From contig RDEW01000003.1 of NCBI GenBank assembly GCA_011109175.1, forward strand, positions 496,001 to 560,000: a DNA stretch of 64,000 nt, written 5' to 3'. A program made the position numbers and the translations under genes. Positions 49,690 through 64,000 of the stretch are shown piece after piece; within the stretch, counting starts at the first letter, position 1, and the number at the start of each line of letters is the position of its first letter. The DNA comes from Dicyema japonicum (Eukaryota > Animalia > Dicyemida). The notes beneath the pieces were generated by a model that was not told the origin of the DNA, did not search any database, and worked only from the letters and a program-made list of their open reading frames with translations.

Positions 49690-50775
49690 TTTTTCCAAGA
49701 TCACTGAGAATGATACGGTAAACAGGAACAAGTTAATGGGGGTACTGAGCGGATTTCTTGATGATTCGAGTCGAAGGATGACCCGAATTCTACTTTCCAA
49801 CAATAAGCTCCTTGTTAGAGTCGGAAAGATCTATTCAAAAAAATTTGAAACAAACACGGGCACTCCACAAGGAGACTCCTTTCTTCTCTACTATTCATAA
49901 TTTAATTGGAAGCCGCTATGAGGGAACTTAGACCGTTAAACCAAGGAAAGACGGAAGAAGTGATCTACGCGGACGATTTAGACCTAATTTTTGAAGACAA
50001 AGAGGTCCTGGAACACCCATTAGAAAAAGCACCAGATGTACTAGGGAAATAATTTCTTAGTGTGAACAGAGAGAAAACAGAACTCACAGAGATAAGAAGG
50101 ATGAGTAGCGTCCTAGAAAAGAAGTGGCGACAAGTAAAGAAACTCGGTTCACTTATGGGAGATTGCGAAGATATTTTAAGTAGGAAAACTCTAGCCAATG
50201 CTGCGTTATATAAACTGAAGAATTATGGCTCAATCAAAGAAATATCAACACGAACATGAGATTTTTACTATACGACTCATTCATAAAACCCGTACTTTTA
50301 TATAACGCTGGAACTTGGGCGACCTCATCAGCGGATATGGAAAGACTAGACTCGTTCCACAGAGGTCAGCTGAGAAAAATAACAGGAACTACTTGGCCTA
50401 CGAGAATATCAAGGAATGCTTTATATAAGAGATGCAGCACTAGACCTATCAGCTTAGAAGTACTGGAATCCCGACGGAAGCTCTTCGGACACGTGCTGAG
50501 GATGAAATTAACATCCCCACCGAACATATCTATGGAAACATACTATGTTAGTCAAGAAGGCCGCTATCGTGGAAGACCTAGAACAACACTGCCAATAGTT
50601 TTACAAAAAGACTTGGTAAATATTAAAAGAAATTTAAAAACTGCCGACGACCTTGACACTATGAGAACCTTTGCTAGGAATAGGGGAGCATGGAAAAGGA
50701 TGACATCTAACATTGTTTCTTTTGCTGCACATGCTACAAGTAGTATGACTCTCGTGAGGTGCTTAAATATATAAA
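49690..50775 (+). mobile_element. RTE-clade LINE RT fragment
   Basis: GTPQGDS..IYADDLD..VKKLGSLMGD..LYDSFIKPVLLYNAGTW..LFGHVLR..RGRPRTTLP..RGAW. Confidence 0.9.
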
Positions 50776-51229
50776 CAAATAGCTATCGAGATGCACTCTC
50801 GATTCCATCCACTCTTACATAGATCCTTTGTGACCCTTTGAATCATTGATAAGGACTAGATCGTCCTCCTGTGGGGCAAGGATTCCTGACATCTCAACCG
50901 AAAATGGGACAAAAAATGATCCTGAGAATGTGAAATAAATTTCGGAGGCCATAAAATGAGCTCTGTTTGTAATTACTAAATGAGCTTTGTTTGTAATGAC
51001 CTGTGCCATCGGGTCCAGCCAAAGTCTCTGAATTAAACATCCTACAACCGACGTTTAAACAATTTTCTCGACTTATATGTGAAAGTCCGAAAGTAAACAA
51101 CACAAATAGCGTCAGTTTGAAAATAAACTAACAGTAATAGATCCTCTTGTGTGAAAGTAAACTGCACGAATAGCCTAAGAAAAAAATTCTTTATAGTAAA
51201 AAATTACCGAATAGGTCAAAGTAAGATTA

Positions 51230-51542
51230 TTTATTTATTAACCCCGGATACACCGAGAAAGAAGTTAAAGTAAACAACTAATTAAGTGTATCCAGTTTCC
51301 ACTTCTACAGAAACAGAGTCCATCCGGAATCAGCATAAAAGGTAAGACGTCCATTACATGCAGTTGTGGAAACCCCTCCAGTGAATTGGGGAAGAGCAAA
51401 TGATCCTTTTTCGTGCCGACTTGGCACTGGGCGTCACCTAGACAGGTGGATCACATGACGCCACTCTATAGGAAGAGATAGGAGGAACAGACAAGAAAGC
51501 GGAAAACTTTAACCAATTAACCACGCAGCACCAATAATTCCT
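51230..51542 (-). mobile_element. Full-length SINE family B with 12-bp TSD
   Basis: aaagtaagatta at 51218-51229 and 51543-51554; TAA-type tail and GGATACAC/GTGTATCC hairpin. Confidence 0.88.
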
Positions 51543-51629
51543 AAAGTAAGATTAGGAATTATTAACCATAAAAAATAATAAAAAAACCATAATAATAACA
51601 ACTACTATTGTAGTATCGAAACTAATATC

Positions 51630-53105
51630 GAAGTATCTTCCCTTCCCTGATTTTCAACATGGCTTTCGTCCACAATACACAACATTAACACATCTCTCTA
51701 CCCTAACTCAATATATCGCTGATGGTTGTAACAATTATAATCCTCCCAAACGGACTATCCTCGCATCGATCGACCAAACCAAGGCGAACATCAAGGCGCG
51801 CGCTAAGTAACAAAATTCTTGTATTTGGAATTCCTCCACGTCTTCAGAATTGGTTAACAAATTTCCTCTCTGGAAGAATTGGTCAAGCTGAAATTATGTC
51901 ATGTCTATCTCATTACAGACTTCTTCCAAATGGAGTTCCCCAAGGCTCCGTTTTATCACCCACCTTATTCAACTTACACCTAAGCGACATTCCAATCAAT
52001 TCCAAGACATTTCTACTATTGTATGCGGATGACATGATTGCTGCCTCTAAAGACATAGACCTTACGAAGCAACAAAGGATGTTCAGATCCACTTGAACAC
52101 TCTTGAAGAGTGGCTTGGAGCAAACCACCTATCTCTTATTCCATCGAAATACACCGTCACTGTATTCACTTCCAACCGCCGCCAACTAAATTTTCAACCA
52201 ATTTTAACAATTCGTGGACAACCACTCACTGTTACGAAACATCCCAAAATACTCGGAGTTATTTATGACCAACTACTAACTTTCTCTAAACATGTGGAGG
52301 AACAATGTACAAAGGCCTCTAACAAGATCAACATACTTAAAGCTGTGTCAGGCCATTCCTTTGGCCAAAGCAAAGAATCCCTAACCATCATAAACAATTC
52401 ATTCGAACAACTATTTACTATGCAAGCCCTTGCTGGTCAACCTCTGCCTCTCTTACTTCTATTGACAAAGTACAAAACATCGCGCTCAGGATAATTACTG
52501 GATGTCTCAGATCAACTCCTGTCGATCATCTACATTGGGATTTAAAGATCCTTCCAATTGGAGACCATCTGGAAGTGAGATCCCTGCAGTTCCTCTCCCA
52601 AGCCTACAGTCTAGAACATCCCTGCCACTTCCTATGCAAGCCGCAAAACAAAAGGAAAATTATTGACAACCAGTGACCTGTCTCGAATGTTATCAGCCAT
52701 TCCTTCCATCCCCAATGACAGAAGTCGTCTGAAACAGATACACGATTTTGTTTCTACAAGAAGCATCCGAAGACTCAGAGACAATAAAATATTACAGCGA
52801 CCCCCTCCTCCAATAGACCAATCAGAATCCACTTTTTCAAGGGACGTGCGAGTAAACCTGGCTCGTCAACGATGTGGGCACCACCCATATCTACCAACAT
52901 ATGATATACTCTGCCCCTTTTGCAACCTCCACGTGCTGACAACAAATCACCTATTTCAATGTCATGAATTGGCTTTGGACATTTCTCCACAATGCTGGAA
53001 CTGACCGATATATGGGAACGACCAACATCTGCTGCGTCCTACTTAATAGCTGCTGGTCCTACAAGTTAGTGAGGGTGGGGTTACTTAACTAACTAACTAA
53101 CAACT
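51630..53105 (+). mobile_element. Ingi/Vingi-like LINE, RT through C-terminal CCHC zinc finger and (TAAC)n tail
   Basis: FQHGFRPQ..GVPQGSVLSPTLFN..YADD..PKILGVIYD..PPPIDQSE..VNLARQRCGH..CPFC..HLFQC; ends taactaactaac. Confidence 0.92.
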
Positions 53106-53214
53106 GTAAATAGGAGATAACTAAAGGGTTTTTTATCTCAGTTCTCGCCATAATGTCCTGGACAGTTTGCACGTTTTCCATCTCCTTCATTATTAAACAC
53201 CCGTATGTCGAGAT

Positions 53215-53685
53215 CCTATCAAGTCCAAAGATAGTTTGTCCTTCTCCAGTTATTCCACAGTAGGTCCCTTCCCACTATGTCATTCCTAACTAGTCCCAAT
53301 TCGCCTGTAGGGACAATGGGGTGGGTAACAAAGTCTTGTAGACCCCAATTAGCATGTAGGGTCAAAGTGATGTGGGTACTATGTCTAGCGTGAAAAAAAT
53401 CTCAAGGTAGTTTGCCCCCTTCGCTTTACAATAGGTTCCTTAGTATGTACCTGCAAGTGCCAAATCTTCTTCATAAATGAACGCCCGTATATCCAGAACG
53501 TAGTAGGTCCAAAGATAGTAAGTCCTTCTCCAGTTAGTTCTCCCCTATTAGGTCCTTTCCCTCAGTATGTTCTTCCACAGTAGTCCCAATTCACCTGTAG
53601 GGACCAATGATGTGGGTAACAAAGTCTTGTAGACCCCAATTCGTATGTAGGGATCAATTGGTGTGGGTAACAGGTCCAACTTGGA
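53215..53685. repeat. Direct repeat (about 170 bp, offset about 285-290 bp) containing 49-50-bp sub-repeats
   Basis: gtccaaagatagt at 53223 and 53507; cccaatt..tgtaggg..gtgggtaac at 53295/53344 and 53585/53635. Confidence 0.85.
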
Positions 53686-54399
53686 AAATATCTAAAGATT
53701 TTGATACTTTGGGTTCCTTTCACTAGGTTCACTCGTCTTGGAATAGGTTCCTTCGTCTTGTAAAATATGTTCATTCGACTTTTAATATGTTTCTTTGCCT
53801 TGCAATAGTTTCCTTCGTCTTGAACTCTCGAATTGAAAAACTGTTCGTTAATTGAAAATTCCACGTAGCACCAAAGGCGCCTCGTAAAAATTCAAATCGC
53901 CTATAAAAATTTAACGTTATTAACAAGGAAATCAAAGAGAGTATTGGTTGGCTTCTCACCGCAAGTCCTGCAATCGCTTGGACTCTTTTCTGCGCTCTCA
54001 GACCCTTCTTATCGTTCATTCTGTGATGCAACATACGAGTCAATGATGGCATCTCTTTTTAGGTGGTTTTCCATCCTTTTTCTGCTGCATCTCTGATTTA
54101 CCAGCAAATTTCATCTTCATCTAGCTTCTCGTCGAGCCTTTTGTGCGAGGCAATCTTGATCCCTGCTCTCATCGATTTTTCAAAAAGCAAGATAAAATAA
54201 ATAAGAACATATCCGTTTCGAGTCTCAATTTCCTCATACACAAGATCCATGGTGGGCTTTCTTCCTTCTGAGATAAAAATCAAAGATATGTTCGACGCCC
54301 ATAAAAATTAGAATAGAATAGTTTATTATCAAAAAAACTCGTTACTAATTAAGAGATAAGATTAAGCCGTCAAAAAAGAGGCGAATTGAGTTTGTAGTC

Positions 54400-55830
54400 T
54401 GCCGGGGTCGACTATAATGAGACACCAGAAAATATGTCTTTTCCTCGAAAATATTGACCCCTTGCACCACTATTTGTTTAAGCGATGCAACAACCTCTCA
54501 ATGGATCGTACAGATCCCTCTAACTTTGGGGATAATTTGGATTTCAGATCCAAACCATACGCCAGTTTAATGGCATATCTTCGCGTTTTCTCTAAGAGTT
54601 CCACGTGTTTATTTCCATCCCAGCTTTCGAACCATCCTTGAAATCCATAGATCAGGAAAGGTTCTATAAACGCAGAGTATACGTATAGGAAGGTTTCCGG
54701 TTTCACCGAAATCGTATAAGGGCTTTCAGCACACCGGTAGCTTTCTTCCTTTTGCCGATTATATGAGTCTTAATAGATCCAGATGCATCCACAACTATTC
54801 CGAGATATTTTAGATTGTCCACGGATTTTATTACTTCAGTGTTAATACAAGGAGCAGGTTTCTTCGGTTCTTGCCAATCCAGGAAACAGTGCTTTTTTCA
54901 AAAGATTACAAGCCTTTATTTGACACATCTTGCAAGTGATCCACTTTTGGAATGTCGCAAATCACACAATTAAGTAAAAGTGGACTGATGACGGATCCCT
55001 GTGGAACTCCTCTCTTAAGCAAAATTCTCTTCGACAATTGGTTTCCTCCTGAGAGGAAACTCTTTATCCAAACCAGGGCCGTCAAAAGGAATCCAAAGTT
55101 CCAACATTAAAAATTGTATAAGTTCGTAGTAACCTGACATGCCAGACGCTATCAAGCGCTTTTGATGTGTCAAGACATGCGGCTGTAAGATATTCTTTTT
55201 TCCTCTGTGTCGTAAATATAGACTCCTTTAGCAGTGAAAAGCAATTTCCAGTGCCCTTATTACGCCGAAATCCCCATTGCTCTTGCAAGAGATACTATTT
55301 ATCTTCATATAAGTTGATAGTTAAAGACAATTTTTTTCCATAATTTTTGAGATTGAAACATATAAGGCTAATTGTTCTGTAATTTGCAAGATCAGAACTC
55401 GGCTTTCCTTTCTTAGGGATCATGTGAACGATTGTCCTCTTCCACGTTTGAGGGACATGCCCGATACTCACGAAGAATTGAATAACTTCATAGTCCATAT
55501 AGTAAAAAAATTGACAGAGTCACTTCGGAATTTGAGCTAGCTGCTCTCTTAATTTCTCAGGTACTTCTTCAATTGGAATCAATTTGCCTTCACTTGAGTT
55601 TTATCTTTCCGCCCTTTTAATCAAAACTCATTTTTGAGAAAAGTTTCCAAAAACTTGGATTTTTAAAAGAGAGTTTAGAGCATTTTTTCCAGCTCTCCTC
55701 TACTGTATTCTTGGATATTGTTTCTAATGATTTTTTAGTCGACTTTATTCTCTGTTTAAGAAAGATAACATCTTGTGGGTCCCAACAACGATTTAATTTC
55801 CAACCCAACTTTGAACATGACTATAATACA
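54400..55830 (-). mobile_element. Jockey/I-like LINE, decayed RT region
   Basis: WKRTIVHMIPKKGK..NYRTISL..QWGFRR..CLDTSKALDSVWH..GVPQGSVISP..YLGIVVD..YSAFIEPFLIYG. Confidence 0.85.
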
Positions 55831-55836
55831 ATTTTT

Positions 55837-55944
55837 ATCCCTAACACTAACCCCAAACCCTAACCCCTACTCTAATTCTTATCCCTAACCTCCAACTCTA
55901 ATTTTGACTCTAATCCCTAACCTTAACATTATCCCTAACCCTAC
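55837..55944 (+). repeat. Degenerate (CCCTAA)n telomere-like tract
   Basis: About 17 hexamer-like units, five of them exact CCCTAA (e.g. ccctaacactaaccccaaaccctaacccctac). Confidence 0.75.
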
Positions 55945-56142
55945 TGTGGGCGGGCCGAAGTTCTTGTATACACATTCCAGTTAAAAACAATTAATCAAAT
56001 CGAAGATTATTCAAAATAAAAAAAATCGATTTTTACTTTGTGATTAAAAATTGGTTGTGAGATGTTCAAACTTAAGAATTTGCCCGGACACGATAGCATG
56101 TGATATTTATTAAAATAATTGTTAATATTTATTAAATAAGTG

Positions 56143-58368
<2,226 letters not shown>

Positions 58369-58719
58369 TCAATATTAATTCAATAATGTCTCTTGGTTAT
58401 TATTCTATTAATATTATAATTGAAAAATAATAATTTATTAAAATAAATAAAATAAAATAAATAAGTATTGTTTGGTCAGGGGCATATGCTGTCCATTTAT
58501 TATTAAGAATTGATTAATGTTTGCATGGGTCAGGTAGTTCACCTTATGTGGTGACGCTCAGTGTGGAAAGACACCGGAAAAGAACCATTTTTTCTTCTTA
58601 ATCCGGTCGACTCGTATGTCTGGATGGTATTCTTCAACTCGGACCGGTGTCTGTACGCTACAAGTGCAGGCAGTTTACTTAACGAGCAGGTAACCCACAT
58701 GAGTATAGCAGCTATTCAT

Positions 58720-58900
58720 CCGAATAGATGAGATCCAACTTTCTGGTAGACGCCCAGTGGTTAGCCGACATCCAAAAAAATTTCGTTCTTCCCTACACCA
58801 TTGGAGGGGCTTCCAAGTTGGGTGTGTTGCTTAGAAAGGAAGAGTCTTACTCATGTCGTGGGAACTGTATATATTCCAGTTAGACGTTAATCAACTCAGT
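58720..58900 (+). mobile_element. SINE family B copy (diverged)
   Basis: gatccaact..acatccaaaaaaat..cattggaggggcttcca..gggaactgtatat..agttag. Confidence 0.55.
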
Positions 58901-60539
58901 TTCTTCCAGCGGCCGTGATTTCTGAATAACCCCCTCATAGCGCCGGTCTCTTCAACAACAAAATCGTACAGTTTTCTGAAGTAACGCCTTCATCCTCGTG
59001 CGTCGCTACATACAGATCAGGCACGTGAGATGCAAAAATCTCCGAAGGTCTTGCCATAAGCCAGCGCTAAGTCTCTTCATCGTGTCATATTCCCCCTCGT
59101 TATTTTTTTGGAAATTGAGGAACAAAGAAAGCAATCGAAACGATAGTTTCTTCCCCCCGTCGTCAAAATCCCAAAATCTTCGATATTTGCACGTTATTTC
59201 AAAAACTTGTTTCAGAAAATTCCAGAAAAAAGTCAAATAGTTTGAGCAGTGACTGGTACATATTTCATCAAGCAAGAAGTCCAGGAACTTTGGGGAAATC
59301 TTGTATGTCAGTTCAACTCCGTCACAAGAACAATTACAGCCTGTATAAAGTCATCTCCAAACGATCATTTTATTGTGACTCAAAAATTCTTATAATAAGG
59401 AATCACTTCCTCTTGTAAAGACTACGATCCCCACTATCACATGTTACATTCAATCTCCTCAAAGAGAATGCATGCAATTGGATCGACTACACGTTTTTTA
59501 AGGGACAACCCGATATTGACTGGCCCAGAAAGTCAATCACTTACCTTTTCATATCAGACAAGAGACTATGGAGGCCAATAGTCTATCTCAGGGCCTCCGA
59601 GAACGAAATCTCGACTTTATTCCTTATAGCAGAGATTGGCAAACGGTGTGCGGTGAGACAATCTCTATTATGCCGCCAGCCAAAAACGAATTTAAATAAA
59701 TAGTTCTTAGCAAACAAAATAGATAATTTACTTCCAAGCATCCTAACTATTCAAAAAATATGTGGATTATTTTATGCATTTGAAAAAAACAACACAGGTA
59801 TTATTTAGTTTTTACTATGCATTATAGATCCAGTCAAATGTTGTTTAGTGAAACTTTTGTAAACACAAAGGACTCATTGAAATGTCATACCTAATCTCAG
59901 AATTGATAACAAATAAACTGAAACCTCAATACCATTGGCTAAAACTCGATAATCCTTTTCTTATTTTACAATTTTCACGACATATTTATGCGAGACAGGT
60001 TTTCTACGCTGCATATATGAAATACAACAAACGTGAAAATTTGAAAAATCAATGCAGAAATCCAAGTGACGTTGTCAACCCAGATATTGATGATATATGC
60101 AAAAATAATATTTATGTGTATTTCATTTTTTAATTATAATTGTTTCTGTGAATCATGATTCAATTACTAATTCTCGCCTCATTCCCTAATTTATTGTTGT
60201 TGTTTTATATTACAAAAATTTTCCCATAAAATAACCAATTTTTTGTCCTCATTTTTACGTATCTGAAAAAATTAATTTTTTATTTTTTAATGTGTACCGT
60301 GGATTATTTTTTTACGATTAGTGTGCCCGCGAGAATTATTTTCCGAAAACCTCTGCTTTATAGCATGCTGATATGCAAGATTTCAAATCCAATACACGTG
60401 CCAGTTTAATCGGGCACCTTCGAGTTTTTACAGGTTGTTTCACTTCTTCATCCTACTACATCTCTGAAAGCCATCTCGCAAGAACGAATCAATGCAAGTT
60501 TTTTTGGCAGAGAATGTCTCAGGATTTAAATGAAGCAAA

Positions 60540-60860
60540 TTAAGAATTCATATGAAAAGCCCCATCTCTCCTACTGCTTGTATCAGCAAAGTATATTTCC
60601 AAGTTATTGTACCGACGAATATGCCTGTTCTACATGGAGATTCGCTATTCCTTCTACAAGGGTCAAGCTTATGAACTCTTTCAGAGGGAAGATCATGAGG
60701 CATATTCAATCAAAGGGTGGTTCATACGGAAAAATTCAAAACAGCATAAAAAAGTGCACTCCGATAGAATTCTCTGCAGAAATAAAAGAAGACACTTCAG
60801 GAGCATTCGAAGAGAATTCGAGAGATGTTGGAGGTTGTGGATCATTTAATTTAGCGAGTT
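60540..60860 (+). mobile_element. Possible LINE post-RT relic
   Basis: LYQQSIFP..EYACSTW..FRGKIMRHI resembles LYxxxIRPxxxYAxxxW. Confidence 0.45.
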
Positions 60861-61529
60861 AATTCTTTCTTTTTTGGGTTTTAAAATAATAATAAATTAA
60901 AGATTTTAAGACTACTAATATTTCTCTTTTTGAAGGTCTCAACACAGACACGTGCGCAATATAAGCACGTCGTCATCTCAACCGAAAAAACCTTGGAAGG
61001 TAGAACCGCTTATATAATTTGGTTGTTCCTTTAGATTTCTTAGAGTTAAACGTGAATTTTCTTAGCAAAGCTTCTCAATGAGAATTAGTCAACAAAATTG
61101 TTTAAACGTGAATTCTGGTTTTCTAGTTAACTTAGTGAACGCAATCCTTATCCGAGACATTGAGTCACTTATACTTGAGTCGACCAGGAGTGCCTTCATC
61201 ATAAATATCAGTATTCGAGTCTTCCACTTTAGGAATTTTACCAGTAAAGAGTAGACCATTTTGGAACTACTCTTGTGAGTATTATCTTCTTTGATATATC
61301 ATTTCCGATCCGTATGAATAAATCCCAAGAGACATACATGGTAAAAAGCTACGAGTTCTTCACTGATGATCCTATGAGTTCTTTCAATTTTGGATGGATG
61401 AGATTTCAACCTAAGCCCTTCGTGCATTCTAAATTTGTTTTGTTTAGAACACCGAGTTTCCGATTTCACCAGATTCCGTCAACGCGTTCATGCTCGCAAG
61501 AATAAGGAAGACAAAGGCACTCATCCGCC

Positions 61530-61790
61530 ATGAAGCTAAGTAGAAATTAAATCCAGTGATAGATAAGATGTCTACTGACAAAAAGAGCACGATGCCGACA
61601 TCCTTAGAGATCATAATCCGAAGGAATAACTGAGGAAGTCAGATTCAACATGATCGGAAAAAACCCAATCCCAACGAGATTGTGTAGGATCAAGGGAGGA
61701 GTATCGAGCCAAGCTGAGACCCTGTATTAAATTTGTCGGGATCACTTAGTTTTTTTCCGGTTGAACGGTGGTCTTGGAGTAAAAAATTAA
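61530..61790 (+). mobile_element. I-group LINE 3' end
   Basis: tgtgtaggatcaagggaggagtatcgag..gggatcacttag..cggtggtcttgg. Confidence 0.7.
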
Positions 61791-61949
61791 AATTATTCCA
61801 AAGACCAACGTTAACCAAACTAACTAGCTTCTTGATCTTGACTCGTTCCAGAACTTATCTCCAGGTTACGTTACTTTCTTGTTAACCAGCATTTTTTTCA
61901 CTTCAAGGGATCGTTAATAAATAATAAGGTACATGCAGTCCCAGGATGA

Positions 61950-62600
61950 GAAAGACATCCTTGGATTTCTGATTTAGCTTTCATGATTGATATTTCAACA
62001 CATCTTTCGAATTTGAATGGCTCACTACAAGGCCAAATAAATTTTGTCATGAACTGAATAGGCATGTTTTTGCATTCATTAAAAAAACTACATTTCTGGA
62101 AACAAAATTTTAAATGGCGCTACAATCCATGTCCCTTCGCTTTCTTATCATAGCAAATATGAATCGTATCAGAAATATACTCAAGTTATTTGCGATTTAA
62201 TTGAAGAATTTGAAAGACGTTTTAATAATTTCAAGGATGCCTTGCCAATCATGAAAGTATTTTCCGCTACTGCAACCGCTCCAGATGAATTTAAAATAGA
62301 GCTCATTGAAATGCAGTCGAGCTCACCGCAATATTTAAGAAAAGTCAACTATTAGAATTTTAGGGTAGAATTTCAATTTTAAAATACCCAAATTTGGTTA
62401 CAAATGCGTATAAAATGCGATTTGGATGAGCGTATGTTTGTGAAGCTCTGTTCAGCAAACTCACGCGGATCAAAGCAAAATTACGCAACCAATTAACTGA
62501 TGGACATCTTATGCAACTCTTACATACGCCGTCATCAAAACTGAGTCCCTGTTTTGAAAGAATAGAAGGAAGCAGATTCAATTCTCACGTTAATTAACAA
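61950..62600 (+). mobile_element. hAT (SPIN/Charlie, GTF2IRD2-like) transposase C-terminal relic
   Basis: DLAFMIDISTHLSNLNGSLQG..AFIKKL..EEFERRF..ELIEMQ..YPNL..YVCEALFSKL..RNQLTDGHL, with stops and frameshifts. Confidence 0.85.
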
Positions 62601-62727
62601 TCACCGGCGAGATTCCGCAAATTCAAAACTAATCGGCTTAAAACCGGACAAACGTCCCAATAATAGACGAGATTGAGAAAGGCTAAAACAAAATTAAAGT
62701 CGATAACAAAAATTGAAATTTTACCAA

Positions 62728-63217
62728 TCAAATTTTACGTAGATATTTTTTAAGGTTTTTTACACCGCTTATCAATTCCTTACACTCATACTTGTACATA
62801 TCCAGGCAGGACTCCTTTATAATGTCCTATTTAAATAAAAGACAGCACAACCAGATGAGTGGCAATTTTAAGTTCTAAGAGGTCCAGGAAGTCACTGACA
62901 TTTAAGGATGGATGTTCTGTTTTAAACGACAAGAATGGACACGTTGGATTGTGGCTGATATGCTCGGTCCTATTGGTTATGTGAATCAAATACCAAGGGC
63001 AGTCATTCTTATTCCAATCAGACAATTCAATTTCGCACATAAAGCACTTTGAGGACAAATAGCCTGACATGTAGAAACCTGATGAAGCCATTTTTGTAGG
63101 ATTGTTGACTTCATCGTTGTAAGGCCATGATTTGAAAGATTCAATTCTGTTCTGCAGAAAGCAGTAAAAGAATTCACTATTGCTGAAATTAAGAACAAGA
63201 TCGATGTCCAACACCAT
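62728..63217 (-). CDS. BIRC5: Survivin-type single-BIR protein
   Basis: NRIESFKSWPY..KMASSGFY..KCFMCEIELSDWNKNDCPW/TEHISHNPTCPFL followed by a C-terminal helix. Introns of 24 nt (62970-62993) and 25 nt. Confidence 0.88.
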
Positions 63218-63499
63218 AACAAATAATTAGCGGAAATCTATTTATTTTTTAAATTATTTAATAATATATTATTTTCATTAAAATCTCAATATATTATTTC
63301 TGTCCTATAACCGGAATTTTTTATGGTTAACGGAATTTTTTATGGTGTCTTGTGGCTCACCCGAGAAGGTGTTACCCTTTCCGGAAAGGAACCAAAGAGT
63401 CAATAACTTCTCCCTACCTCTTGGGGGTTCCCGTTATCTACGTTACCGTCAATTCTGTCCTATTACCTTTTATGTTGAGGTGGTGACGTCCCTTTTGAA

Positions 63500-64000
63500 A
63501 GTTATGTCTGAAAAACACGAAAATTGCAATCTAAAGGACTTCTCTCTTAACGTTCACTGTCAGAGGACTCTCTAGGTTTGGAAAAGAAAAAAAAACTTTT
63601 CACAATATAAGATATCAGTCAGATGTCTCCAAGAGACAAAAATATCGAAGGAGTTTGAAGAACAACACGGAAAGTTTAAGTTAATCTTTCTCTCTGGGGG
63701 ATCAAAACAATACGGACTAGGATTCGCTGTAAGAAAGGACCTAGTCCGGCGCATATACCGTTACTGGACTATCAATGAAAGGATTGGGATTTTACAAATA
63801 ACATTGGACGATCATAACTATCATTAACGCATATACCCCACATGGTGGATGGATCAACAAGAAACCCGAGGAGATTGACGACTTTTATGCGAATCTGTCT
63901 GATGTTTATTCCAATTATGCAAATTCAACATTAATATTGATTGCCGGTGATCTTAATGCAAAAGTTGGAAATCGAATCATTATAGAAGAATCATTCATTG
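63500..64000 (+). mobile_element. RTE-clade LINE 5' end (APE endonuclease), continues off window
   Basis: CLQETKI..YGLGFAVRK..NERI..IINAYTP..EIDDFY..LIAGDLNAKVG, with frameshifts. Confidence 0.85.

Overview
AT-rich eukaryotic genomic DNA, most likely from a ciliated animal with a very compact genome. About 14 host genes are interrupted by GT-AG micro-introns of mostly 21-26 nt: a PDZ/tandem-repeat protein, NAE1, MRPS6, VAP, UBE2D, FAM47-like, CFAP96, an orphan type I membrane protein, presenilin, RFC3, PPP4R3/SMEK, DGK zeta/iota, DRC1 and survivin. Several intron positions match human orthologs. Tiny introns, the standard genetic code and motile-cilium genes suggest a dicyemid mesozoan, but this is inference. 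Between the genes lie many decayed mobile elements: Ingi/Vingi-like (I-group), RTE, CRE-type and Jockey-like non-LTR retrotransposons, two tRNA-headed SINE families (named A and B here), and hAT, MULE, Tc1/IS630 and Helitron relics. Several conserved genes carry single-base frameshifts in homopolymers, most likely assembly errors. The main leads are: (1) a PDZ gene built by tandem duplication of an exon+micro-intron unit; (2) a presenilin with almost no TM6-7 loop; (3) a decayed 2A StopGo peptide ahead of a LINE endonuclease; (4) a covarying 3' stem-loop shared by LINEs and SINEs; (5) a 299-bp templated insertion copied between SINE loci 37 kb apart; (6) roughly 3-4x excess CACGTG; (7) a triple palindrome; (8) an interstitial telomere-like tract. 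All annotation was done by eye from remembered protein families. No searches were run, and mobile-element coordinates are approximate.
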